Of a stretch of 20,000 nucleotides of DNA, positions 1-9,387 are shown in pieces. How positions within the stretch are numbered: position 1 is the stretch's first letter; each line of letters begins with the position of its first letter. The position numbers and the translations under genes are program-made. Source of the stretch: an uncultured virus (IMG/VR IMGVR_UViG_3300048780_000186) (taxonomy: Duplodnaviria; Heunggongvirae; Uroviricota; Caudoviricetes); IMG/VR virus record IMGVR_UViG_3300048780_000186. One strand, 5' to 3'. The notes under the pieces are model-generated. The model had not been told where the DNA came from. It saw nothing but the letters and a program-made list of their open reading frames with translations, and did no database searches.

Positions 1-1
1 C

Positions 2-688
2 GCCAAGCTGGAGACCAACGCTCTGGTTCCCAACCGGGACCCTGACTCGAAGTACCTGCCCAACCCCAAGGACGACATTCTCAAACGGCGCACCAAGCCG
101 TTCATGGTCGAGGGCGTGGTCATGGCCTTCGAGATGGAGTTGGTGGAGGTTTCGCGCGAGTATGCACTGCTCGAAGAACAGCTTCGTGGCTTCCGGGTCA
201 AGACCTGGACCAAGGGCGGAGCTGCCGACACCTACTCGACTGATGCCGACTCCGGCGATCACGATCTCGATGCTTTCATGTTGTCGATGCTGGGAATCGA
301 ATTGAACTACGGTCTCTGGCACACCAAGGAAACCGTCAGGCGTTTGATACAAATCGCCCATGTGTCAGGCTGGGGATTGCCGTCCACTGTAATTAGCCAG
401 CAGGCGGCGTCACCTGTCCAGGCACCAGGGCCGCCAGCCCCGGCTGCCACCGAGAGGATGCGTGAACTCAAACGCGAGACCTCCGGTGTTCCTGCGCGAA
501 CCAAACCAGAAAGCAACCTGCAGGAGCAGTACCGTTTGCTCCACATGGCGAGACAGAGCTACACCGTGGCACCTGTCAACTCACCTGGGTCCGCCGGCAA
601 TGGTCGCGTTCCTTCCCGCACCAGCTTCTTTCAGAATTCAACCCGGCCTGGATTTGGCAGTGCCGGACGTCGTTTTGGTGGTGGTTAA
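2..688 (+). CDS. terL: Terminase large subunit, C-terminal nuclease part (5'-truncated by window edge)
   Basis: Frame is open from base 2 (AKLETNALVPNRDPDSKYLPNPKDDILKRRTKPFMVEG...), upstream of the track's ATG at 104. Contains DHDLDAFMLSM, resembling the D-H-x-x-D-A end of the TerL RNase H-like nuclease domain, then a low-complexity tail. Lies upstream of the portal. Confidence 0.7.
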   Translation, partial: AKLETNALVPNRDPDSKYLPNPKDDILKRRTKPFMVEGVVMAFEMELVEVSREYALLEEQLRGFRVKTWTKGGAADTYSTDADSGDHDLDAFMLSMLGIELNYGLWHTKETVRRLIQIAHVSGWGLPSTVISQQAASPVQAPGPPAPAATERMRELKRETSGVPARTKPESNLQEQYRLLHMARQSYTVAPVNSPGSAGNGRVPSRTSFFQNSTRPGFGSAGRRFGGG

Positions 689-1107
689 TGGCCAACGGAG
701 ATCCCCAGGACAACATCGCGGCGAGTGTGGCAGCCAGTTACGACATGCCGATCGCGGTCTCGGTCATTGAGAAGTTGTCCAAGTTCCCGTTCCTCCAGCA
801 GTTGGGCTACAACGGCCAACTGAGCTGGTTGAAGGGAGGATTCCTCGGGTTGCAGGACTTCTTCGACGAGATGACGACCTATTCGAGCGCCGCCGACATC
901 CTGCAGATTGCCTGGCAGCTCATCCAGCCCAGAGTGCCCCTCAACCTGGATGTGCAGAAGAACCTCTATACGACGGATTCGATGGGAACGGTCGGCAATG
1001 CCTTCCAGCAACTGGTCGGTTTCCAGCAGACCTTCGCGGTCAATCCCGACGACCTTTCCGATTCAACCGGCAGCGCAGTCGTTGCCAACAATCTTCCGAG
1101 TTCTTAA
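688..1107 (+). CDS. Hypothetical protein (139 aa, acidic), possibly virion-associated
   Basis: TAATG stop/start overlap with terL and with the next gene; codon usage like neighbours; no recognisable motif. Confidence 0.75.
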   Translation: MANGDPQDNIAASVAASYDMPIAVSVIEKLSKFPFLQQLGYNGQLSWLKGGFLGLQDFFDEMTTYSSAADILQIAWQLIQPRVPLNLDVQKNLYTTDSMGTVGNAFQQLVGFQQTFAVNPDDLSDSTGSAVVANNLPSS

Positions 1108-2747
1108 TGGCCTTCGAGTCGATCCAGTTCAAGTACACCCCTCCGCCCACCGTCTCGGCGGCGATTCCCGCCGCACAGGCTGCTGTGCCTGTGAGTCTGG
1201 CCACAGGTGGCAGCCTGGCGAATTCCGGGAATGCCACGGCGAGCGCGTCGGCCGCCGGAAAGCTGATCGCCAGACTGGCAGACCTGTTGGACACCAATCA
1301 GTACCTGCAGCAGGTGATCCTTGCAATGAGCACGGGGCTGGGCATCGAGTTCGATCCTTCCGTGGATCCGGAGACCGCGCGGGCACTGCAAACGATCTAT
1401 TCAAACCTGCCGGTGCCGACCTCGCTTACCGTCAGTATGTACAACCGGATGCTCGATGCCAAGATGACGGCATTGCAGATCGAATCGGGCCTGGGAACCG
1501 GCACTGCCTACGAGACGAATCCGTTTCAGGCGTCGGCCGTCACTCAAATCAACCAAGCCATCGAAAGCGGCCTGGTCAACAGCGGACAATCCCAATACCA
1601 GACCGCTCTGCTTCTGGGCCCATTGAAAGGGGACGCGGTCCTCTTCAACAACATGACAGCCCAACTGTCACAGTATCCGGTCATTGCATCGCCGGGAACC
1701 CCTTCGATCGCCATCAACAATCCAAACCAGATCTCGATTCTGGGACAGGACGTTTCGCCGGCGCTGGCGAGCACCATGAACAGCTCGCTCGACTCCTTCC
1801 AAAGTTCCTATGCGTCGGTCTACCAACTGACTGCGGGTGTAGGAGTTGTCGCTCAGGACGTCAATAATGTCCTGAACCAGTTCTTCCTGGAACCTCCCAC
1901 CAATCTGGTGAGGATGATCCCGATGTTGCAGGCACTTCAAGGCTTCTCACAAGGGCCTCGCCTGGACTCGATCGTCAACGGGATGACTGGCACGGTGTTC
2001 GTTCAACTCATCGCTGAAGCGGCCGGGATGGTCATCATGGCCGACCGTTTCATGCAGACCGCGGTGCAGCCCCTCAAAGGCAGCACATCCAATATTGGCC
2101 AGATGGTCTCGCAGATCCAGGCAGCCGCGGCCATGGCCAACGTGGTGGTCAACGGGGCAAGACAGAGCTTCGTCAACACCACCGGCGGACTCAAGGGTTG
2201 TTCTCTGGCCTACAACAGCGGCCTGCCGACAGCGCCGGTCAGTTCGTCTGCGCTGGTGCCGGCGAGCACTTTCCAGGTTCCCGGGGCGGGTCCAATGACA
2301 CCCGGCCTGATGACGTTGGCTACCCACCTCGATTGGGCAAACACGACAGTCAGCAACCGGGTCATGGTGCTTCAGGAATCGTTCCAGAAGCTGTTGAATC
2401 GCCGGACCGGCGACATGAACACCCAGATGGACATCATCGCCAGCACTCAGGCCCTGAACACACTGACCCAACTGGCCAAGGCCGTGATGACCTACAACAG
2501 CAGCCAACCTGCGGTAGGCGCCACAAACTCTGTCACTCAGACCGCGGCTGTGAGCCAGATCCTCAGCGGCATGAGTTCGACGACAGGCACTTCCTTCGTT
2601 GTCACCAACGGCCAGATGCAGGCAGTTTCTCCCACAGTCCCCGCACCGCCCAGCAACGTGCAAACGGTTCTGACCAAGGGCGGCGTGAACCTGATCGTCG
2701 CATCCTCGTCGACTGTACAAGCACCCACCATCGGAGCAGTGAGCTAA
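1107..2747 (+). CDS. Hypothetical protein (546 aa, Ala/Gln/Ser/Thr-rich, few charged residues), possibly virion-associated
   Basis: Long ORF coupled by TAATG overlaps on both sides; no recognisable motif. Confidence 0.8.
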   Translation: MAFESIQFKYTPPPTVSAAIPAAQAAVPVSLATGGSLANSGNATASASAAGKLIARLADLLDTNQYLQQVILAMSTGLGIEFDPSVDPETARALQTIYSNLPVPTSLTVSMYNRMLDAKMTALQIESGLGTGTAYETNPFQASAVTQINQAIESGLVNSGQSQYQTALLLGPLKGDAVLFNNMTAQLSQYPVIASPGTPSIAINNPNQISILGQDVSPALASTMNSSLDSFQSSYASVYQLTAGVGVVAQDVNNVLNQFFLEPPTNLVRMIPMLQALQGFSQGPRLDSIVNGMTGTVFVQLIAEAAGMVIMADRFMQTAVQPLKGSTSNIGQMVSQIQAAAAMANVVVNGARQSFVNTTGGLKGCSLAYNSGLPTAPVSSSALVPASTFQVPGAGPMTPGLMTLATHLDWANTTVSNRVMVLQESFQKLLNRRTGDMNTQMDIIASTQALNTLTQLAKAVMTYNSSQPAVGATNSVTQTAAVSQILSGMSSTTGTSFVVTNGQMQAVSPTVPAPPSNVQTVLTKGGVNLIVASSSTVQAPTIGAVS

Positions 2748-4963
2748 TGCCACGCACACCAGACACCACTCTTCAGGACAATGCGGCGGCCCGGCAGGAA
2801 CGGCTTATGGCCTTTGTTGACGGCACGTCCACCAAGGCCAAGCCTGGCAAAGCCGCTGTGATCCGCCGGACGATCGCCGGCCAGGTCATCGAGCCCAACA
2901 TCAAAGGGCTGGGGCGCAGGACCGCCTCGTATACCGATAGAGGATTTCAGCCTGTTGAACGGTCGACTGGAGAACGCAACATCAGCGACAAGCTGATGGA
3001 AGGCATGAAGATCGAGGACGCCGGCAAGATGCTGAACGGCGACCTGAACAAGATCAAGCTCGACAAGGCAGCCGATTACATCGGCACCTACTATATGTGG
3101 AACGGCATCCTGATGCCGGAGTATGACATGCGCGAACCGCACGCCATCTCTGACACCGAGGTCTACGTCAAGCAGGCCGTGGCTCGCAAGCTGGCGCTCG
3201 CCGCGCGCGCGGGCTACGAGATCATGAGCGACCGCGAGGAAGACGCCGATTACATCCAGACTCGCATCAATGCGTTTGAATTCGTCACCGAACGCAGCTT
3301 CGAGAGCTTCATCAAGGGCGTTCTGCGCAACCTGTTCCTGTGTTCCAACTGCTTCCTCCTCAAGATCCGCAAGGAAGACGCTTCCCCGGTGAGCAAGAAG
3401 GAGGGCGGCAGAGTCCCAGTCGCTGCCTATGTGATCATCCCCGCCCACACGATGCACCCTTATCTGGAGAAGGGGAAGATCAGCAAGTGGCGCCGCATCT
3501 TCGACCACGGCATTCCGTGGATCGATTACCCGGTTGAGGACATCATCCACCTGAAGTGGGACGTCAAGCCTGGTCACATCTTCGGAACGCCGCGCACCAT
3601 CGCCGTCCGGGATGACATCTTCGCCTTGCGCCGGCTTGAAGAGAACATCGAACTCCTGTTCATCAACCACCTGTTCCCGTTGTTTCACGTTCAGGTTGGC
3701 AACGAGAAGGCTCCTTGCACCTATGGTCCGGGCGGTGAGTCCGAGATCGATATGGTGCGCTTCCAGATCGAGAACATGCCCAAAGAGGGCGTGTTTGTCA
3801 CGGATGAGCGCGTCACCGTCACCGCCGTTGGTGCCAACGGCAAGTCTCTTGACTTCAAGGCCCTGGTGGAGCACTTCAAGTCCCGGGTCTACATCGGCCT
3901 GGGCATGAGCGCCATCGATATGGGCGAAGGCGCCGACGCCACCCGCGCCACCGCCGACAACATCTCGCAGAACCTGAAGGATTCGATCAAGGCCGACCTC
4001 GACGAGCTGGCCGATCAGATCCGGATGTTCATCTTCAAGGAATGGTTCCAGGAAGCCAACTACTCGACATCCGTGCAGAAGGGCGTGGCGCGCACCAAGC
4101 TGGCATTCCACGAACTCGATCTCGACAATCGGATCAAGGAAGAGACGCATGTGATGGCTCTCTTCAATTCCCACCTGCTCACCGAGACGGAAGCCCGCAA
4201 GCGGATGAACCTCAAGCCGATGAGCAAGACGGAGCAGAACGATACTCACTTCGCTCTCCATGTGCTTCGCCTTGAACGCGAGATCCAGAAGTATAAGACC
4301 GCATCGGCCATTGAGATCGGCGAACAGGATGTGAAGAACCAGAAGGCGTTGGCCGGAACCCAGATGAAGCTGATGGAAGCCCAGGCCAAGCTGTCCGAGG
4401 TCAAGGCCAGCCACGAACAACAGAGTCTCGAAGCGCAGGCGAAACATCTGCCTGTCATTGCCAAGGCGAAGGTCGCCGTGGCCAATGCCAGCTCACGCCG
4501 GGCCAGCAAGGGTACCGGCGCCGGTCACCCGCGCGGAGGCACGGCCAAGAAGACAACTCAGACCGCCGCGGCAACCGCCAATAAGATGCGGCCGGCCAAC
4601 CAGCATGGATCGAAGCTGGGCCCAGGCAAGAACAGTGACAGCCTCATGAGCGATATCTATGAAGGCTTGGTGCAAGGTCGGGACCGACTGATTGCCGATG
4701 GTCTCAATGTGGATAAGAACTGGCGCAAAGCAAGCGGTCAGATCATCGATGAGATCGTTGCGCGACTCAACCAGCGCGAAATCACCGATTCAGTTGGTGA
4801 TTCCTATACTAGACAGGAACGAGCCGCCGGACTGAGTTCATTGAAGTCCGTGATTGCTGAAACTTCTGATCCTGAGCTTCTTTCCGTGCTTCTTCGAGCG
4901 GAATTGGAAGACGAGGTAGATGATGCCGAACTTGAATATGCCATTGCCGGTCGTGCAGCTTAA
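2747..4963 (+). CDS. Portal protein (738 aa) with extended C-terminus
   Basis: True start is probably ATG 2747 (TAATG overlap), not 2198. Portal-like segments: LRNLFLCSNCFLLK, EDIIHLK...IFGTP, IGLGMSAIDMGEG.DATRATA, LLTETEARKRMNLKP. Positioned between terL and the protease. Confidence 0.8.
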   Translation: MPRTPDTTLQDNAAARQERLMAFVDGTSTKAKPGKAAVIRRTIAGQVIEPNIKGLGRRTASYTDRGFQPVERSTGERNISDKLMEGMKIEDAGKMLNGDLNKIKLDKAADYIGTYYMWNGILMPEYDMREPHAISDTEVYVKQAVARKLALAARAGYEIMSDREEDADYIQTRINAFEFVTERSFESFIKGVLRNLFLCSNCFLLKIRKEDASPVSKKEGGRVPVAAYVIIPAHTMHPYLEKGKISKWRRIFDHGIPWIDYPVEDIIHLKWDVKPGHIFGTPRTIAVRDDIFALRRLEENIELLFINHLFPLFHVQVGNEKAPCTYGPGGESEIDMVRFQIENMPKEGVFVTDERVTVTAVGANGKSLDFKALVEHFKSRVYIGLGMSAIDMGEGADATRATADNISQNLKDSIKADLDELADQIRMFIFKEWFQEANYSTSVQKGVARTKLAFHELDLDNRIKEETHVMALFNSHLLTETEARKRMNLKPMSKTEQNDTHFALHVLRLEREIQKYKTASAIEIGEQDVKNQKALAGTQMKLMEAQAKLSEVKASHEQQSLEAQAKHLPVIAKAKVAVANASSRRASKGTGAGHPRGGTAKKTTQTAAATANKMRPANQHGSKLGPGKNSDSLMSDIYEGLVQGRDRLIADGLNVDKNWRKASGQIIDEIVARLNQREITDSVGDSYTRQERAAGLSSLKSVIAETSDPELLSVLLRAELEDEVDDAELEYAIAGRAA
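4801..4815 (+). promoter_or_regulatory. TTCCTATACTAGACA copy 1, candidate late promoter (inside the portal CDS)
   Basis: Exact 15-mer also at 15506 and 18199; contains a TATACT -10-like hexamer. Confidence 0.6.
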
Positions 4964-5108
4964 CGGTCCTGGGATGCAGAACTCCAGAGTGACTCCGCTG
5001 CAACAGGCACTTGCGCAGGATGCGTCCGCTCTGTTCCAGAGCAATGCATCGATTCAGCCCATCCCGCAGGGAGGTCCCTTCCTGCTTGAGATCCCTCTCA
5101 ATCGTTAG
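4920..5108 (+). CDS. Small hypothetical protein (62 aa, Pro/Gln-rich)
   Basis: GAGGT SD just upstream of ATG; fills the gap between portal and protease; overlaps the portal end by 44 nt. Confidence 0.55.
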   Translation: MMPNLNMPLPVVQLNGPGMQNSRVTPLQQALAQDASALFQSNASIQPIPQGGPFLLEIPLNR

Positions 5109-5148
5109 ATAGTGGGGCGCCGGACAGTACCTGTTACCCGGGCGACTA

Positions 5149-5161
5149 ACTAACAGTTGGT
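5149..5161. promoter_or_regulatory. Palindromic box ACTAACAGTTGGT (copy 1)
   Basis: Matches (A/C)CYAACNGTTRG(T/G); intergenic, just upstream of the protease start. Confidence 0.55.
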
Positions 5162-5178
5162 TTCATACAAGGTTGGAC

Positions 5179-7557
5179 ATGCTGAGCGAACGCCGTTGGC
5201 TCAAGATCCACGACTTTCTGACGTTTCGTCCGAGCGCGGTTCTTGAGAACAAGAGATTCCTGTTCGAGTGCAAGGACTCGAAGTCCGAGACAGGCCACAG
5301 CCTGCTCGTTCGCGTGGACGCGACTCACGCCGGCATCGTAACGGGCAATCGCAAGTTCTATCGTCCCGATTGCATGCAGGACGCGGTTCAGACCTGGATT
5401 CCCAAAGGGGTCGCACCGCTTCCCGTTCTTCGCGGGCACGACAAAGAAGGCGACGTGCTGGGCCGGATTCGTGAGGCCAAGTACATCGACGACTCCTGGA
5501 AGTACGCCAGGGACTTTCCGGTTCTGAAGGATTCAGTCTTCTATAACCGGGATTCAAAGACCGGCGGCAAGTTCAACGTGTTCAAGACGGTGGACTGGAT
5601 TCAGGACAACCTGGCCCGCGTGAAGGGCTACCAGGGCATCGGTCATATCGAACTGGGTTTGACTCTGACCAACCCTGAAGCGATTCAGAAGATACTCCGT
5701 GACGAGTATCTGTGCGTTTCTGCCGGTGCGATTACTGACTCGGCCACCTGCTCCATCTGCCACACCGACTGGGCATCGGAGGACAAGTGCGAACACCGCC
5801 CCGGTGAGATCGTCGATGGGCGCATGGCCTTCCTGATCTCGGGAAGGTTCAAGTACAAGGAACTCAGCTTCGTCAACTTTGGAGCCGACCCGTTTGCTCA
5901 GGTGAAGTCCTACGAATTGAAGGATTCCCTCGAGAAGATGTTCTTCCTTGGTCTGCCTCTCGATGACCAGCAGTTTGCTATCGATAGGGGCCTCAAACTG
6001 ACCGACAGCCTGTACGAGTCGGACATCGTGATTGAATACGAGGAACCAAAGATGACGATTGATGTGGCCGTCGCACAACAGACTCTCAAGAGCCCCGATT
6101 TGACGGCAGCGCAAGCATTCGATCTGCAAGATCAACTCACGGCCTGGGCACCTGAGTCAGACGAAGAGAAGACCTCCCGGCGCAGTCTGCAGTCCACACT
6201 CACCGCCAAGATCCGCAAGAACGGCTGGAAGAGGGAAGCGAGCAAGGCTGATCCGGTTGCGATTGACGATGCCTGCATGAACGCCGATCTCGCTGCAGTT
6301 CCCGCAGTAGCCGATGGCGTGAACGATGCGGCTGCCATTACGACAGCGGTTGCCGAAGCAACCGAATGCGTGGACGGGGTTTGCGACTGGTCGGGATTCA
6401 CATTGACCGACGAGGACCAAGCATTCTTCGCCGACGAGCAGAAGGTTTACGACGAGCTTTGCACCGAGATGGATGCCGCGGGCACCGGCGGCGAGCTCAA
6501 GGACGAACAGATCAAGGACGCCAAGCTGGATGCGGAAGCCCGCAAGAAACTGGGTGGCAAGTCCTTCTGTGGCCCGAATCGCACCTTCCCCGTGGAAGAC
6601 TGCGCGCATCACACCGCAGCCCTCCGGCTGCTGGGCCGGGCCAAGATCAGCGACGGCGCCAAGGAGAAGATCCGGGCCTGCGTTGAGAGAAAGGGCAAGA
6701 CGTTGAAGTGTTCCGTGGCCTCCAAGACCGAAGACAAGATCAATACCACGGCCACCGAGGGCATCGAGATCAGTGACGAACTCACGGCTCTGGCCGCCGG
6801 GCTGAATCTCTTCGACGCCGAAGATGGCGACAAGGACACCCGGGCCGCAGTGGTCAAGGAGATTCTTGGCCATTACGAATGCCTGGACAAGCACCACAAG
6901 GTGGCTAGCTCAGACACTCACGGCCTGCAGTACAAGATCGAGGATCTTCACAGTGCCATTGGCGAGCGGTGGAACAAGGACCGTTACGTCGACTGGGCCA
7001 AGAAGTACCTCGCCGAGAATGTGAAGGACTCCCTGCTCGTCACCAAGGACGAGCTTGCCGAAAAGGACGAGGCCGTCCTCGGCCTGACCGACGAGCTGGC
7101 CGTGATCAGGACATCGGTCGCCACCAAGGATCGTGTGCTCGCCGCCGTTCTCATGGACTCGAAGACCAGTCTGGCAACAACCCTGGTCATGCACAACTGC
7201 CTGCGGAAGAAGGATGGCTACACCGGCCTCAATCCCACGCAGATCCAGGACAAGATTGCCGAGTTCGCCAAACGCCATATCCAGAGTCTGAAAGACGCTG
7301 TGACCGATCTTTTCGCCGAGCTGCAATGGAGCACCGCGGCCGAACCGGGGAAAGCTGGCACCGACCAGGGAACCACGGTAAACGACAACGCTCACGTAGA
7401 TGAGGTGGATGGTACGGACCGCGATCCGGCCCTGATCCCTGCGCTCACGGTGCAAGACACCCAAAAGCTTCAGCGCATGCTCACCTACATTCACGACGCA
7501 ACGGACCGCGAGCGGTACATCGCCGATGTTCGTTACGGCCGTGTGCAGCTCAGCTAA
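5179..7557 (+). CDS. Prohead protease fused to a scaffold-like region (792 aa)
   Basis: N-terminal region has ATHAG, LRGHD...LGRI, IQKILRDEYLCVSAG...CSICH...CEH.PG, YKELSFVNFGAD, typical of caudoviral prohead serine proteases (candidate His in GHD, Ser in VSAG). Long acidic helical C-terminal region follows. ATG 5179 preferred over TTG 5173. Confidence 0.8.
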   Translation: MLSERRWLKIHDFLTFRPSAVLENKRFLFECKDSKSETGHSLLVRVDATHAGIVTGNRKFYRPDCMQDAVQTWIPKGVAPLPVLRGHDKEGDVLGRIREAKYIDDSWKYARDFPVLKDSVFYNRDSKTGGKFNVFKTVDWIQDNLARVKGYQGIGHIELGLTLTNPEAIQKILRDEYLCVSAGAITDSATCSICHTDWASEDKCEHRPGEIVDGRMAFLISGRFKYKELSFVNFGADPFAQVKSYELKDSLEKMFFLGLPLDDQQFAIDRGLKLTDSLYESDIVIEYEEPKMTIDVAVAQQTLKSPDLTAAQAFDLQDQLTAWAPESDEEKTSRRSLQSTLTAKIRKNGWKREASKADPVAIDDACMNADLAAVPAVADGVNDAAAITTAVAEATECVDGVCDWSGFTLTDEDQAFFADEQKVYDELCTEMDAAGTGGELKDEQIKDAKLDAEARKKLGGKSFCGPNRTFPVEDCAHHTAALRLLGRAKISDGAKEKIRACVERKGKTLKCSVASKTEDKINTTATEGIEISDELTALAAGLNLFDAEDGDKDTRAAVVKEILGHYECLDKHHKVASSDTHGLQYKIEDLHSAIGERWNKDRYVDWAKKYLAENVKDSLLVTKDELAEKDEAVLGLTDELAVIRTSVATKDRVLAAVLMDSKTSLATTLVMHNCLRKKDGYTGLNPTQIQDKIAEFAKRHIQSLKDAVTDLFAELQWSTAAEPGKAGTDQGTTVNDNAHVDEVDGTDRDPALIPALTVQDTQKLQRMLTYIHDATDRERYIADVRYGRVQLS

Positions 7558-7590
7558 GCAACCACGACTTAGGTTGCAGGAGAAACTATC

Positions 7591-9387
7591 ATGCCAGTCG
7601 ATCTCAATAACCAGTACACCGGCAAACTGTTCGGGCAGGACCGTATCGGTCAGACGACCCCGGACCTGGAGCTCTCTGAGCCCCTGAAGCCCTGGCTGCC
7701 TGTTCCGTATCCGGCACCCTATCTGCCGGGTCTGCGTCAGGATCAAGGCCATCCGAAGTTGGCGTCTGTCGTGCTCAGCTCGCAGCATCTGATTGGGCAA
7801 GACAAGAGTGGCGCGCTCGTTCCTTCCGGCCTGCAATGCGGAAAGACTCCCGCCGGTTCCAACGTGTGGTGCATCATTCAGTGGGGAGCGGGATCGATCG
7901 ATCAGTTCACCATTGATCCTCGCACCGGCAACGCCGTGACTCCTGGCGACCATTGCGTTCTGGCAGCTCCTGCCGACGCCGCGCCTGGCAACGTCACTCT
8001 GACCAATGGCACCGTGATTGCAGTCAGCTGGACTGACATCAACTGGGCCTGGAACTGCACCCTGTTCCCGAGCGTGACGACTGGCACGACGCTGTCCGGG
8101 TCTGCCACCAATGTTCCGCTGGTTCCGGTGCTCACCCCCTCCGCCGCTGCGACCAAGTCGACATTGGTCTACACCCTGGCTGCGGCCGGCGACTCCTTCG
8201 TCGGTCAGCTGGTCTTCCAGGTTGGCGCGGCCGGCACGCCTGCCACGGTTGAGTTCAACGGGACGCTGGCCGCGGCTGCGACGGCTGTGACTGCAGCGAT
8301 TACCGCCCTGGCTCCTGCCTCCGCTGTGACTGCTGCCAACGCGGCTCTCACCGCCGCGAACACCGCGCTGACCACAGCCAACACCGCTGTGACGACTGCC
8401 AACACCGCTCTCACCGCCGCGAATGTGGTTGTGACCACGGCCGGCAACACAGTGACGGCGACGGACCTTGCCAACCAGTCTGCGGCTCTGGCGGCCTACA
8501 ACACCGCTCTGGCCAACCTGGCGACTGCCCAGACCACCCAAGTTGCGGCACAGGCTGCTTACACCGCAGTGTTCAACCTGAACGCTGTGACCATCGCGGC
8601 CACCACGACCACACTGACCCTCACGGGTGTGGTTGACGGCGCGCTCCTGGCCGGCACCAACTCCTTCGTCTTCACCAGCGACATCGACGACGTGGGCCAT
8701 GTGGGCACGGCAGTCCCTTACTCGTACGGCACAGCCCGTCCGATCGGCGTTTGCACTCGGAACGTCTTCCAGTACATCGGCGGCGTGAAGATCATCGACA
8801 CCTCGCTCGCCGGCGGCATCCTGTACCGCCTCGAAGGCCTGAACCCCATCGGATTCCAGGTCATGAATTACATGCACGAGATGGGCACGGCCATCCAGAC
8901 CCAGTATGTGCTGAAGGTGCCGTGGATTGGCGCCACGCCGAACACGCTGCAGCAAGACGCAACGACCGACGGCATTCAGGGCTACGTGCAGGGCTATGGA
9001 CGCACCTTTGCCCACTTCACAGGCCTTCCCACCACCGGCGCAGGCGTGACCTTTTCGCAGTTCCAGAACGACCAGGGCAACTACACGGTGTTCAACCCGG
9101 CAGTCAACTCTCCGGTTGATCTGGTCGGTCGCATCATCGGCGTCGTGAACATGATCAACAAGATCGGGTTCTCGAACCGCATCAAGACCCTGTGGGATCC
9201 GTCTCGCATGGTTGGCCCGATGACCGATCCGAATCCGGCGGCCATCATGATGGGCGGCTCGGCCACTGCCGGCCTGCCTTACGACCTGAATCTGACGACT
9301 GACGGCATCTACAAGGCCTCTCAGTTGCAGAAGACTCAGGCCCGGCCCGAGTACGGCACCTACGTCCTGGTCCGCGTGCTCCTGTAA
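7591..9387 (+). CDS. Head-associated structural protein (decoration-like, 598 aa) with an Ala/Thr coiled-coil insert
   Basis: Strong SD AGGAGA; lies between protease and major capsid gene; Gly/Pro/Thr/Val-rich ends and a central heptad-repeat block. Confidence 0.6.
   Translation: MPVDLNNQYTGKLFGQDRIGQTTPDLELSEPLKPWLPVPYPAPYLPGLRQDQGHPKLASVVLSSQHLIGQDKSGALVPSGLQCGKTPAGSNVWCIIQWGAGSIDQFTIDPRTGNAVTPGDHCVLAAPADAAPGNVTLTNGTVIAVSWTDINWAWNCTLFPSVTTGTTLSGSATNVPLVPVLTPSAAATKSTLVYTLAAAGDSFVGQLVFQVGAAGTPATVEFNGTLAAAATAVTAAITALAPASAVTAANAALTAANTALTTANTAVTTANTALTAANVVVTTAGNTVTATDLANQSAALAAYNTALANLATAQTTQVAAQAAYTAVFNLNAVTIAATTTTLTLTGVVDGALLAGTNSFVFTSDIDDVGHVGTAVPYSYGTARPIGVCTRNVFQYIGGVKIIDTSLAGGILYRLEGLNPIGFQVMNYMHEMGTAIQTQYVLKVPWIGATPNTLQQDATTDGIQGYVQGYGRTFAHFTGLPTTGAGVTFSQFQNDQGNYTVFNPAVNSPVDLVGRIIGVVNMINKIGFSNRIKTLWDPSRMVGPMTDPNPAAIMMGGSATAGLPYDLNLTTDGIYKASQLQKTQARPEYGTYVLVRVLL
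8329..8454 (+). repeat. Six degenerate 21-bp (7-aa) tandem repeats
   Basis: Translate as TAANAAL TAANTAL TTANTAV TTANTAL TAANVVV TTAGNTV. Confidence 0.85.

Noticed and set aside
2198..2746. 183-aa N-terminal extension of the portal ORF in the track
   Set aside because: Overlaps the 546-aa gene in another frame; the TAATG-coupled ATG at 2747 is the more plausible start. The same reasoning applies to track starts 9578, 11120, 14086, 15730 and 16020.
8329..8454. Repeats as a CRISPR array or DGR-type repeat
   Set aside because: They are degenerate, spacer-less, in-frame codon repeats; no cas or reverse transcriptase gene is in the window.
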